Below are positions 19,252-28,220 of a stretch of DNA of 57,173 nucleotides, one piece after another; within the stretch, counting starts at the first letter, position 1; each line of letters starts with the position of its first letter. Origin of the DNA: a virus (lineage: Duplodnaviria; Caudoviricetes); IMG/VR virus record IMGVR_UViG_3300012347_000287, positions 1-57,173 of that record; one strand, written 5' to 3'. The position numbers and the translations under genes are program-made. The notes beneath the pieces are model-generated. The model made no database searches. It was not told the DNA's origin and was given only the letters and a program-made list of their open reading frames with translations.

Positions 19252-20841
19252 TTAAGCTGATAGATCTCCGAAGACAACCCAAGTATCGGTTGCTCGCTTG
19301 AATAGTGTTGCTGATGACCACTGTGTACGTAGCTTTAGTCCAGGAGTAGCGTTAACCGTAACTCCACCTGCACCTGCGATAGTAACCTGTCCAGCACCTG
19401 TCTGTAGGATGTCAATAGATGTTCCTACTGGATATGAAACTGATGAGTTTGCTGGGATGGTGAGTGTAACACCTGAAGCTGAAGATACCTCTACAAGCTT
19501 GTCACGGTCTGCTAGAGCTACTGTGTAAGCTCCTGCTTGCTGATTAATAGCTGTAAGCGATGGGACCCCCTGCTTAACCTGTACTCCATCAGCATACTCG
19601 ATTCCGCCAACCTTTAGGGTGTCGTAAACTGCCTGAGAGAAGTTAACTGTAGTAGTTGGCTCGTCCTCAACGCTTGAGAATAGCTTCCATACGCCATCAG
19701 TGGCGTCACGAACGATGCCTGCATGCTGATATGCTCCATCGTTGAACGATGAGACAAGACCAAGGTCAACAATGTTTGCAGAGTTTCCCTCACCAATGTA
19801 AATTAGTGGGTCAGTGACTGAAAGGTCGGTAGCGTTAACGGTTGTAGTTGTTCCTCCAACGGTCAGGTTTCCAGTTATAGATAGATCACCAGTGCTTACT
19901 GTACCAGTAAATGTTGGGTTTGCTGTTGGTGCCTTTGAGTCTAGCTGTGTCTGAATGCTTGACGTGACTCCATCAACATAGTTTAGCTCTGTAACTGTTA
20001 GAGTTGCACCATCAAGGATGTTTACTTCTGATGCTGATGCGGTTACGTCAGCTACATCTGCTAGATTAACTGTTACAGTGTTATCTGCTGCAGAAATAGT
20101 CTTGCCAGTAAGAGTCTGAGTTCCAGTAAGAGTTACAAGTGCTGAAGTGTCTGAGATGCCGTGAACGTTTGTGGTATCTGATCCGTGAGTATCTAGTTCT
20201 GACTGTGCAGCAGAAATAGCGGCTGCCTGAGCTGCGTCTGCCTTTGTTGTAGCATCTGCGGCTGCGGTAGCAAGAACAGATGTCGCTGATGCAGCAATTG
20301 CCGTGTTTCTGTCAGTGACTTCGCTAGCAACAGCAGAAGTAATTGCGTTATCTCTTGCAAGAACCTCGTCTGAAATTGCTGCATTAATAGCAGCAGCTCT
20401 TGCTGTTACCTCGTCGCCAATCGCTGTGTCTAGTGCTGCTGAGAAGGCTACTTCATTAGCGGTAAGTCCAGCATCAATTCTTGTATTTACTGCAGTGCTA
20501 GAGTCGTTGAGGACTGCTGCAATCTCATCTAGGGTATCTAGAATAGCTGGAGCGTCGCCAAGAATATTCCCTAGCTGGGTAACTGGAATGTATCCATTGG
20601 CATCTAGAGTAGCTACACCGTTTGCAGCATCTCTCTGTGTTAGAGGAATGTAGTCATCTAGAGTTCCACCAAGGTCTTCTAGGTTCTTGAAGTATGAAAG
20701 ATCTGCCCAGTGATTAGTACCGTCACCGATCTTAAACTGGCTAGTATCTGTTTCAAAACCAATTTCACCAGCTGCCAAAATTGGGTCTGCTGAAGTCCAC
20801 TGAGCCGCAGTTCCTCTGCGTTGCTGCATTCTTGTTGCCAT
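19252..20841 (-). CDS. Tail fibre protein with Mtd-like N-terminal domain
   Basis: QRRGTAAQWTSADPILAAGEIGFETDT..KIGDG..W..L N-terminus, Ala-rich coiled coil, C-terminal domain ending WVVFGDLSA. Confidence 0.75.
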   Translation of the reverse strand: MATRMQQRRGTAAQWTSADPILAAGEIGFETDTSQFKIGDGTNHWADLSYFKNLEDLGGTLDDYIPLTQRDAANGVATLDANGYIPVTQLGNILGDAPAILDTLDEIAAVLNDSSTAVNTRIDAGLTANEVAFSAALDTAIGDEVTARAAAINAAISDEVLARDNAITSAVASEVTDRNTAIAASATSVLATAAADATTKADAAQAAAISAAQSELDTHGSDTTNVHGISDTSALVTLTGTQTLTGKTISAADNTVTVNLADVADVTASASEVNILDGATLTVTELNYVDGVTSSIQTQLDSKAPTANPTFTGTVSTGDLSITGNLTVGGTTTTVNATDLSVTDPLIYIGEGNSANIVDLGLVSSFNDGAYQHAGIVRDATDGVWKLFSSVEDEPTTTVNFSQAVYDTLKVGGIEYADGVQVKQGVPSLTAINQQAGAYTVALADRDKLVEVSSASGVTLTIPANSSVSYPVGTSIDILQTGAGQVTIAGAGGVTVNATPGLKLRTQWSSATLFKRATDTWVVFGDLSA

Positions 20842-20902
20842 GTAAGTATCTCCTAATTGGTGGGGTTAACCCAAGTATCTATTACTAATTATAACATTAG
20901 TT

Positions 20903-21358
20903 TTATGCAAAGTTGCTTTCAGCGTTTCCGCCGTCAAGAACTAGCTGCCATTCTGTTGTTGCTGGTCCACCACCATCAAGTGCGTTAATTGGTGTATCGT
21001 TAGATCCTCCACCTTCGGTAAAGTAGCTAACAATCAGACCGCTTCCGCCGATTGATGTGTCGTGAATGTGCTGAGGTATGTTTTGTGCATCTTCGTATGA
21101 CGCCATAACATACCAAGTTCCATCGTAATAGATTTTTAGTCTATTTATAGATGAATCAAACCATTGTGCTCCATTTGCTGGCGAAAGTGGCTCTGTAGAT
21201 CCAGCAGTCGCAATTCCAGCTAGCGAGTCAACATACGACTTAGTAGCTGCGTGAGTAGACTCTGTCGGGTCAGAAACAACTACAGTTCCTCCAAATGTAC
21301 CACCGCTATTAACGATTAGGCCATTTTTGACCTTAAAATCTTTCTCTACTGTTGTCAT
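20903..21358 (-). CDS. Small fibre/adaptor protein
   Basis: KDFKVKNGL N-terminus shared with 21428..23104; AATKSYVD fibre motif; LDGG motifs at the C-terminus. Confidence 0.6.
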   Translation of the reverse strand: MTTVEKDFKVKNGLIVNSGGTFGGTVVVSDPTESTHAATKSYVDSLAGIATAGSTEPLSPANGAQWFDSSINRLKIYYDGTWYVMASYEDAQNIPQHIHDTSIGGSGLIVSYFTEGGGSNDTPINALDGGGPATTEWQLVLDGGNAESNFA

Positions 21359-21385
21359 ATAGTTTCTCCTATTTAAAACTTTAGT

Positions 21386-21412
21386 GTGGGGGGTTTTTAA
21401 GGAACCCCCCGA
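21386..21412 (-). terminator. Hairpin/terminator after long fibre gene
   Basis: GGGGGGTT...AACCCCCC inverted repeat. Confidence 0.45.
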
Positions 21413-21427
21413 AACCTTTACTGTTTA

Positions 21428-23104
21428 TTAGACTAGCAATGTTCCAACAGCAGTAACTGTTGAGTTGTTGTTAGCGGTTGTTACTAGTAACTGTACATCA
21501 GTTCCTGAGATACCTGCCGATACTGTCATTCCAGAACCGTTGGTTCCGATAATTCCGTACTCTGTGATTGCAATGTTGTCATTTACATCAAGAGTTAGAA
21601 GTACCTTTGAAATTTCAGTGTGGTCTCCGTAAGCAACCTTTACAAGGAACTCTGCTGAGCGGTAGTCAGCCTTTGCAAAAGCAGTTGCAACGTGGATTCC
21701 AGCGGTTGTTGCTGAAAGTGTTGCCGCTACCTGCTTGGCTACGTTATCGATGATTACAGCATTTGGATAAATGTCTGCATTAGATACTGCATCGATTGCA
21801 CGTTCGTCGCTGAAGTATAGGTTGTTGTCACCCTCTGCTAGATCGTCAGTTGTTGAATCTGCTACGCCATTCTCTGCAATGATGTTTAGTCCACCAAAAG
21901 CATTTTGTGAAATCTGAATGTTTGTAAGAGATGTGTTTACGCTGGTTAGCATATCCATTGCTGACTGCTGTGCACGGTTATCTGTAAAGTATAGGTTGCC
22001 AGCACCCTCTTCGATGTCGTCAGTGTCTAGTGCATTGATTGAGTTATCTGTGTAAACGTTTGCATTCGACTCTGCTGTTGAAGCAGCACCTGCCGCATCG
22101 TAGTTAACAGCAAGACCATCTGCATATGACTTAGCAGCAGCCTCTGCAGAAGCAGCAGAACCAGAGGTGTCCCATAGACCAGTATTTGCAGAAACTGCAG
22201 CGGTGTCGAAGTCAGAGATGTCTGCTGAGTCGAGACCAGTTACAGATACTACGTTGCCTGTGATGTCAATGTTTGTACCAGCGGTGTAGGTGGTAGTAGA
22301 GATTGCGTTAGCAATTTCGTCATCTACGTATGTGGTGTCAGCCTTTGTTGCAACTAGGTTAGCAACGTCAGTTGCGTAGTTCGGGTTGTCAGCAATTGCT
22401 GCAGCCAACTCGTTAAGTGTGTCGAGAAGTGCTGGTGCACCATCTACAAGGGCTGCAACCTCTAGGTCTGTGTATGCCTTTGCATCTACAAGGGCAGCGT
22501 TTGCCTTTGTAGTGGCATCCGATGAAGCAGTAGAGATAGCCTCTGACTTTGCAGTTGCAATGTCTGTGGTTACTGTTCCATACAGAGTAGTGTCAGCATT
22601 TGTTGCAAAAGTTTCTGCAGCTGACTGAGCTGCATCTGCCTTTGAGGTAGCGTCTAGTGCAGCGGCTGCAATAGCTGCGGCTTCTGCGGCGTCTGCCTTT
22701 GAGGTTGCATCTAGTGCTGCTGCTGCGATTGCATCTGACTCTGCAGTGTCTGCATAGCCCTGAGCGATAACTCCTGCTTCTGACTTTGCAGTTGCAATGT
22801 CAGTGGTTACGGTACCGTAAAGAGCGGTGTCAGCGTTGGTGGCGAATGTCTCTGCTGCTGCCTGGGCATCCGCTGCTGCACCTGCAGCGTCAAATACGTT
22901 AGCCTTAACATTTAGCTCACCAGCGACAACCTCTAGCTGAGTTGACTCAACTGATGTGATTAGAGTTTCTCCACCAACAATGTCAATGATGTGCTGTGTT
23001 GATGCTGCTGAAGTGGTAAGGATATCCTCACCGTTAATGGTACCTGTGGTACCTTCTACAATAAGACCAGATTTAATCTTGAAGTCTTTATTTACTGTTG
23101 CCAT
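21428..23104 (-). CDS. Long tail fibre-like protein
   Basis: Ala-rich internal repeats, LVDGAPALLDTLNELAAA, two TDD(I/L)xEG..NLYF motifs. Confidence 0.7.
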   Translation of the reverse strand: MATVNKDFKIKSGLIVEGTTGTINGEDILTTSAASTQHIIDIVGGETLITSVESTQLEVVAGELNVKANVFDAAGAAADAQAAAETFATNADTALYGTVTTDIATAKSEAGVIAQGYADTAESDAIAAAALDATSKADAAEAAAIAAAALDATSKADAAQSAAETFATNADTTLYGTVTTDIATAKSEAISTASSDATTKANAALVDAKAYTDLEVAALVDGAPALLDTLNELAAAIADNPNYATDVANLVATKADTTYVDDEIANAISTTTYTAGTNIDITGNVVSVTGLDSADISDFDTAAVSANTGLWDTSGSAASAEAAAKSYADGLAVNYDAAGAASTAESNANVYTDNSINALDTDDIEEGAGNLYFTDNRAQQSAMDMLTSVNTSLTNIQISQNAFGGLNIIAENGVADSTTDDLAEGDNNLYFSDERAIDAVSNADIYPNAVIIDNVAKQVAATLSATTAGIHVATAFAKADYRSAEFLVKVAYGDHTEISKVLLTLDVNDNIAITEYGIIGTNGSGMTVSAGISGTDVQLLVTTANNNSTVTAVGTLLV

Positions 23105-23124
23105 TTTTATCTCCTAGGGGGTAG

Positions 23125-23571
23125 TTAGGCCTTAAGACCGATACGAGCGAATCGTACGGTAATAGGCTTGATATTTGCATCTGGGGTAACAGTTAAAGCA
23201 ACTGTACTTCCAGATCTAGAGACATTAACGGTGCCAATATTCCCATCATTGTCTATTGTTCCATACTCAGAAACATTTACGTCTGTTCCATCTACAAGTA
23301 TGGTAAGTTCTGTTGCATAGAAGAAGTTATCTCCTGCTGAGGTCTTAGAAATTGACACAATGTATTTGACCATACGCCAAACTGTTGCGTCAAAGGAATC
23401 TACCACTGTTGGGTTCTCGATGCCCGTAATGGTGTTCTCGTTATTACCAAAGGTACCCAGATCGGTGGACTGGGCTGAGGTAGTATCAATGAGATCTACA
23501 TAATCCTGTTCTTCAGGCTTATCACCAGTCTCAAATCTGGTCTTTACGTACGGTAGGGTTGTTCTAGACAT
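23125..23571 (-). CDS. Virion structural protein
   Basis: RFETGDKPEEQDYVDLID N-terminus; C-terminal domain (VSEYG) resembles that of 21428..23104 (ITEYG). Confidence 0.55.
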   Translation of the reverse strand: MSRTTLPYVKTRFETGDKPEEQDYVDLIDTTSAQSTDLGTFGNNENTITGIENPTVVDSFDATVWRMVKYIVSISKTSAGDNFFYATELTILVDGTDVNVSEYGTIDNDGNIGTVNVSRSGSTVALTVTPDANIKPITVRFARIGLKA

Positions 23572-23608
23572 GTAATAATTATAGCATCGTTTATTTTAGT
23601 TTATATAA

Positions 23609-23833
23609 TTACATTACGTAATTGTTAACGCCAATGACAGCAATACCAATAGGTGCAGCGTTATCTCTACCATATGTTTGGAGACCGACGCTAATAAACT
23701 TTACTCTAAATGGTAGCGTATGATTTATCTTTACGTTACCGCTTTTATGAGTAATCTTTGATCTAGAGAAGTCTGAATTTTTAACTGATTTAGTTATGTT
23801 AGCTGGCTTAGATACAATAACTGCCTTAGCCAT
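23609..23833 (-). CDS. Small virion-associated protein
   Basis: TAATG-coupled to 23833..24219. Confidence 0.55.
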   Translation of the reverse strand: MAKAVIVSKPANITKSVKNSDFSRSKITHKSGNVKINHTLPFRVKFISVGLQTYGRDNAAPIGIAVIGVNNYVM

Positions 23834-24219
23834 TAGTCTGTCACATCTTCGATAACAATTACCTTACCCTGAGCAACTGTCCAAACAGTTCCTGGCTGAC
23901 TTAATTGAATATCGAAAATATCGCCAGTCTGCAAAAGCTCTGACTCACTTGAGGCTAAAGCCACGGTAAACTCTCCAGCAAGATCATTGTCATCTGGTGC
24001 TGGGCTTAGGGTAAGAACTAGCTCTGCGTCATCTGTAATGACACCAAGGTTTTTTGCTAGATTTGGACGCTTTATCTTCATAGAGATTGTCCACTCAGAA
24101 ATGGTCAGTGCTACCTTCGAGTCGTCAGTGACGTATACCTTGAATGCTGCAGTATCTCCACGGACCAATGTCCATGCTACCTGTGGCGGTACGTTGCCAA
24201 CGCTATATCCTCTAGCCAT
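23833..24219 (-). CDS. BppU-N-like baseplate/fibre adaptor (paralog 1)
   Basis: LVRGDT...FDIQL...TVAQGKVIVIEDVT pattern. Confidence 0.55.
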   Translation of the reverse strand: MARGYSVGNVPPQVAWTLVRGDTAAFKVYVTDDSKVALTISEWTISMKIKRPNLAKNLGVITDDAELVLTLSPAPDDNDLAGEFTVALASSESELLQTGDIFDIQLSQPGTVWTVAQGKVIVIEDVTD

Positions 24220-24237
24220 TTTATAATTATATCACTA

Positions 24238-24741
24238 TTAGCTTAGTCCAGCTTTTAGTGCCCCCCAAGTTCCATTTCCCTTTGCATCAACTGACACAAT
24301 TCCATTTTCTGCTGCATACACAACTACAGCTACGGCCCCACCGTGGTGAAGAATGTTAGTCAGTCCGCCAGTTTCACCAGAGTATAGAATATCTCCTGCT
24401 GCATATCCAGAAGTATTAATGTTTTGAACTACTCCAGACACAACAACTATTCCGCTAGCGTTATTCAGGATAGTTGCTTTTACTAAGCCCAGGATTGGAG
24501 CAGTTGTATCGTGAACTGCCTTTGCTACTGTCGTAGAGGTAGTGTATCCAGTAACATAAACTGGATCTCCAGCGTTTAGGGTGACTCCACTATTATTTAA
24601 AACGTTTACCTGTGAATAAGATGCAAGAGGAAGAACAGCCTCTAGCTTTTCAACTAGTTGCTTGATGTCTCCATGAACATTAACATTATCTTCTGCTAAT
24701 GGGTAAGGTAAGTCGTAAGAGTCTGATTGTCCTGTGGCCAT
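24238..24741 (-). CDS. Virion structural protein
   Basis: YDLPYPLAEDNVNVHGDI fibre-type N-terminus; NNSGVTLNAGDPVY domain. Confidence 0.55.
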   Translation of the reverse strand: MATGQSDSYDLPYPLAEDNVNVHGDIKQLVEKLEAVLPLASYSQVNVLNNSGVTLNAGDPVYVTGYTTSTTVAKAVHDTTAPILGLVKATILNNASGIVVVSGVVQNINTSGYAAGDILYSGETGGLTNILHHGGAVAVVVYAAENGIVSVDAKGNGTWGALKAGLS

Positions 24742-24767
24742 TTAATAATTATACCACGCTAAAAAGT

Positions 24768-24826
24768 TGAACACAGGGTAAAAAACTGGTATAATTGTAT
24801 GTAACTTCCTGCAAAGGAAGTTTTTG
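24768..24826 (+). promoter_or_regulatory. Sigma70-type promoter plus 5' hairpin for the NlpC/P60 unit
   Basis: TGGTATAAT at 24787-24795 followed by AACTTCCT-GCAA-AGGAAGTT-TTT. Confidence 0.6.
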
Positions 24827-24841
24827 TTCTAAGGAGGACAA

Positions 24842-24919
24842 ATGACTAAACAAAGTGACAACAATGTTGAAATCGTGACTAACTCTCAACAACAGACATA
24901 TTTATTGCTATCGCACTAA
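24842..24919 (+). CDS. 25-aa upstream ORF
   Basis: AAGGAGG RBS; MTKQSDNNVEIVTNSQQQTYLLLSH*. Confidence 0.4.
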   Translation: MTKQSDNNVEIVTNSQQQTYLLLSH

Positions 24920-24988
24920 TAAAAATATTGTCGCCAAGACCGTGACAGGGTCGTAACAACGAAAAGAATAAAAAGGAGGTAGTAATTT

Positions 24989-25564
24989 ATGAAAGAATTA
25001 TTGCTAATAGGAACCACAGTACTTGCTATAACATCTGGAAGTCTGACAGCTGCATCTAATGTAGAATACCCCAAAAGACCTGAACGTGGAAATCACGTTT
25101 CAGTAGCAACCCTTCAAAGGCTTGAAATCAAAGCACAGGATGCTATTGATCAGGCAAAAATGCAAAAGCTTAGAGAAGCCACTATTGAAGTTGATAAGGC
25201 AATCGATAAGCTATCTATGCACGTCGATAAAACCTGGTATGTATTTTCTGGAAATACCCCGAGAGGCTGGGACTGTTCTGGACTGACAATGTGGTTTTAT
25301 GAACAGCTTGGCATTGAGCTAGAGCATCGTGCATCTATCCAGGGTAAAACTGGACAAAGCACAGCCGATCCAAAACGAGGAGATCTTGTAGTTTTCAAAT
25401 ATAATGGAAATAAGTCCGCATACCATGTTGGCATTTATATTGGAAATGGAAAAATGATTCATGCCCCTAAGCACGGACACGTTACAAGAATAGAGAACAT
25501 TGAATCTTTTGGTGGAGAATATTCTAAAATAAGCTATAGAAGATTAGTTAATACCATTGGATAG
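24989..25564 (+). CDS. Secreted NlpC/P60 cell-wall endopeptidase
   Basis: Signal-like N-terminus; WDCSG, GDLVVF and HVGIYIGNGKMIHAP motifs; AAGGAGGT RBS. Confidence 0.9.
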   Translation: MKELLLIGTTVLAITSGSLTAASNVEYPKRPERGNHVSVATLQRLEIKAQDAIDQAKMQKLREATIEVDKAIDKLSMHVDKTWYVFSGNTPRGWDCSGLTMWFYEQLGIELEHRASIQGKTGQSTADPKRGDLVVFKYNGNKSAYHVGIYIGNGKMIHAPKHGHVTRIENIESFGGEYSKISYRRLVNTIG

Positions 25565-26119
25565 TCGCCACTGGTCTTCTGTTAACTGGCCCCTTATTAC
25601 TGAAAGGTATGAGGGGCCTTTTGTAAACCACCAGTGATCTGCTTCTGCAAAGTGAAAAAATATCATCGCTACCTGATTATTTTCTTTATCTGGGAACTGC
25701 TGACGCCAATGTAGCTGATCATTTCCATAGTAGGCAAGGGCTTCATTTTCGCTCAGCATGTACTCTTTATTTTCTACCCACAGGCCCCAAGGTGTTTTTT
25801 GATAAAGGCATAGATCTATTGTGTAGGTACATGCATTGTCATCTATGTGTTTATGCAGTCTTGCATTCTTGCCCTCATAGTGTGAAAAAAGAGCGTAAGT
25901 TGGTAATAGCGTTTTGCTATTAAATGTTTTTCTGGCTAGATCTGTTAGATTAATAAAGACTTCGTCTAAGACCTTGTTTGTTTCATTGTTGACTGTGTAT
26001 CTAGAGAACCAGTCATCAAATGGTAAATCTTTATAGTTTACTACTGAGGACCTTATTCTATCAAGTTGCTCTGGTGAAAGAACGTTGTCTAAGATCTTTG
26101 GCTCGTAGTCTCTGGGCAA
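25544..26119 (-). CDS. 2OG-Fe(II) oxygenase
   Basis: LHKHID..CTYT...HWR...FFHF motif pattern. Confidence 0.7.
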   Translation of the reverse strand: MPRDYEPKILDNVLSPEQLDRIRSSVVNYKDLPFDDWFSRYTVNNETNKVLDEVFINLTDLARKTFNSKTLLPTYALFSHYEGKNARLHKHIDDNACTYTIDLCLYQKTPWGLWVENKEYMLSENEALAYYGNDQLHWRQQFPDKENNQVAMIFFHFAEADHWWFTKGPSYLSVIRGQLTEDQWRLSNGIN

Positions 26120-26121
26120 TT

Positions 26122-26715
26122 TTACCTACCCCAGGAAACAACGCAGTACCTAGTTCCATTAGTTACCTCTGATACTGAGTGATTATAAATGTAGTTTGAT
26201 GGGAACATGATTAGCTGGTTTGCCTTTGGCTTATGCTTTATTCCAAATCTAGGAAAGCTTATCTCCCCACCAGAATAATTGTCATTTAGGTAATAGACCA
26301 GAGATATAGTTCGTGGATAGTTTCTATGATCATCAATGTGGTTAATAAATTTTTGACCAACACCATATCTCAAAACAGAATATACTTCGTGTCTATAAAC
26401 TTCGATGTTGTAAAAGTTGCAATACTCTTTTTCTTTTGGGTTGAAAGAGTCGTAGAATATTTTACTTAGTGTGCTGTCAAAAGCTGTTCTTGGGTTTAGA
26501 TCATTCTCTACTGGGTTCTCTACATATGGAACTGTCAGGGTATCGGTATTTCTGCTTTCAGTATTAATCACTGGGTTATGGGTTGAATTAATTACATAAG
26601 CCTGCGACCAATTGACTACTCCATTTTTTACTGAGTCCTCAATGTCTTGTATAAGTGTTTCATAGCCATCTATAACATCGTCAAATATAATTATTCCAGG
26701 AGCTAGCTCTTTCAT
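26122..26715 (-). CDS. Prolyl-4-hydroxylase-like 2OG-Fe(II) oxygenase
   Basis: HID, YLNDNYSGGEISF, HSV and GTRY; start moved to MKELAPG. Confidence 0.85.
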   Translation of the reverse strand: MKELAPGIIIFDDVIDGYETLIQDIEDSVKNGVVNWSQAYVINSTHNPVINTESRNTDTLTVPYVENPVENDLNPRTAFDSTLSKIFYDSFNPKEKEYCNFYNIEVYRHEVYSVLRYGVGQKFINHIDDHRNYPRTISLVYYLNDNYSGGEISFPRFGIKHKPKANQLIMFPSNYIYNHSVSEVTNGTRYCVVSWGR

Positions 26716-26716
26716 T

Positions 26717-26974
26717 CTACCACTTTCCAATTGGGCAAGAAGCCTTTTCAAGCTTGGTCTTTGCGGCCATGAAGCATCCACAGTTTCTACACTGCTTTGT
26801 TAGCTTAATTAATTCTGGACAAGACTTGCAAATGTCAAATCTTCTAGCTGCCTCTTCATCAGAGGTCCTTTGCTCTTGTGGATTTATCATGTCCCATGGC
26901 TTTACGTCGCCATTAACTAATGAGCCTCCAGTATTCTTAATTAAGTCTTTTAGTTTTTCAACTTTATCATTCAT
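26717..26974 (-). CDS. Small Cys-rich protein (DUF6171-like)
   Basis: ICKSCP...CRNCGCFM..K..L..ASCPIGKW. Confidence 0.75.
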   Translation of the reverse strand: MNDKVEKLKDLIKNTGGSLVNGDVKPWDMINPQEQRTSDEEAARRFDICKSCPELIKLTKQCRNCGCFMAAKTKLEKASCPIGKW

Positions 26975-27015
26975 AGCTTGCCCAAATCTATTAGATAAAA
27001 ATTATACCATATAGG

Positions 27016-28212
27016 CTACTTGTTGTGAACTAGGATATTTCCAGCAAAGAATGTGTCGGTATCTTCACAGTTAAATGAGTATACATCTCTCATTTCTGAA
27101 ATGTAATCTACAGAAGTTACCTCTACTTCAACTACCTGATCTTCAGATACGTACTGAATAAACTTATCTCCAATATAGATGTCTCCAGTGTGCTTCCACT
27201 GCCAGATGCCGTCACGGCTTACAAGCATTGGCTGCTCTAGAGACATTCTGGTGCTAATGTCACCATTGATATACATGGTGGTTGGCTTTTCATATTCATA
27301 CTTTGCAACTACTAGGGTAGCAAGGGTATCTATATTAGTTAGGTTACTAGATGTAGCAGACATGAAGGTTTGAATGTTTTGATCTACAAGCTCATCCCAT
27401 GTCATAGCTAGGACATAGTCTCCAACCTGAACATCCTTTGCCTTGACATATGTTTTTTGTCCCTCGGCTGTAACAACGATTATCTCAGTGTCCCCGTCGA
27501 CACACTGGTTAGCAGGTGTTCCTGGAGGCCAATTTTCTGATGGAGTAACTGGCACTGGTGTAGTTGGAGTAGTAGGTGTGGTTGGAGTAGTGGGTGTAGT
27601 GGGTGCTGGTGCCGTTCCACAGTCTCTATATCCGCTAAGAACTGATGATGTAGTCTCGGTGCAGTTAGAATATGTGGTAGTTGTTGTAGTGTAGCATTCT
27701 CTTAGCCCATACCCACCAGAGCAAGAGTCGCAGGTAGTTGAGCTTGTAGAAGAGGTCTGAACGCATCCAGCAGTTCCCCCACAAAGACTTTGGTTTGTTC
27801 TGGTTACTTCGATCGAGCTGCTTTCCATGGCACAATTTGAATAAGAAATTTCTGTAAGCTGTGTACCTGTTTCTAATCCGTTAACGCATGATCCAGACCA
27901 GTCAGTAAAGACTTCACGACTTATTTCAACACAAACTACTGGAGTTCCTCCTCCGCCGCCAGGAGATGGGGCAACGTAAGTATAATACATAAAATTTACG
28001 CTGGTTTCATAATCCACAACCTGTCCAGAGGCAATTGATTGTGAACCAATAAGGTTGTCTTGAGAAGATATTGATGATCCAGTTGGGGTTGAGGTGCCTA
28101 TAGTAAGTCCTGCTGCAGTTATGGCTGCCTCGGCGGCGGTTCTAGAGAGTCCAGAAAGATTTGGAACAGTTGTCATTCCCCTAGATGCAAAAAATCCAAA
28201 TGATCCTAACAT
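27016..28212 (-). CDS. PASTA-like, Cys-rich, PTT-repeat protein with C-terminal Hint domain
   Basis: VPNLSGLSRTAAEAAITAAGL...SQSIASG PASTA-like N-terminus; CVDGDT...AKDVQVGD...VYSFNCEDTDTFFAGNILVHNK*. Confidence 0.8.
   Translation of the reverse strand: MLGSFGFFASRGMTTVPNLSGLSRTAAEAAITAAGLTIGTSTPTGSSISSQDNLIGSQSIASGQVVDYETSVNFMYYTYVAPSPGGGGGTPVVCVEISREVFTDWSGSCVNGLETGTQLTEISYSNCAMESSSIEVTRTNQSLCGGTAGCVQTSSTSSTTCDSCSGGYGLRECYTTTTTTYSNCTETTSSVLSGYRDCGTAPAPTTPTTPTTPTTPTTPVPVTPSENWPPGTPANQCVDGDTEIIVVTAEGQKTYVKAKDVQVGDYVLAMTWDELVDQNIQTFMSATSSNLTNIDTLATLVVAKYEYEKPTTMYINGDISTRMSLEQPMLVSRDGIWQWKHTGDIYIGDKFIQYVSEDQVVEVEVTSVDYISEMRDVYSFNCEDTDTFFAGNILVHNK
27541..27612 (-). repeat. Pro/Thr linker, (PTT)x5 plus PVPVTP
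   Basis: Direct translation. Confidence 0.9.
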
Positions 28213-28220
28213 CTATAGAC

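Noticed and set aside
19252-20841. Diversity-generating retroelement target (Mtd)
   Set aside because: Only the N-terminal Mtd-like motif is present; no reverse transcriptase or TR/VR pair is visible in the window.
24800-24988. c-di-AMP (ydaO) riboswitch upstream of NlpC/P60
   Set aside because: The context fits, but I could not recognise the conserved sequence elements.
18020-28212. Classical mobile inteins
   Set aside because: No homing endonuclease, no C-extein and no +1 nucleophile; the domains are terminal.
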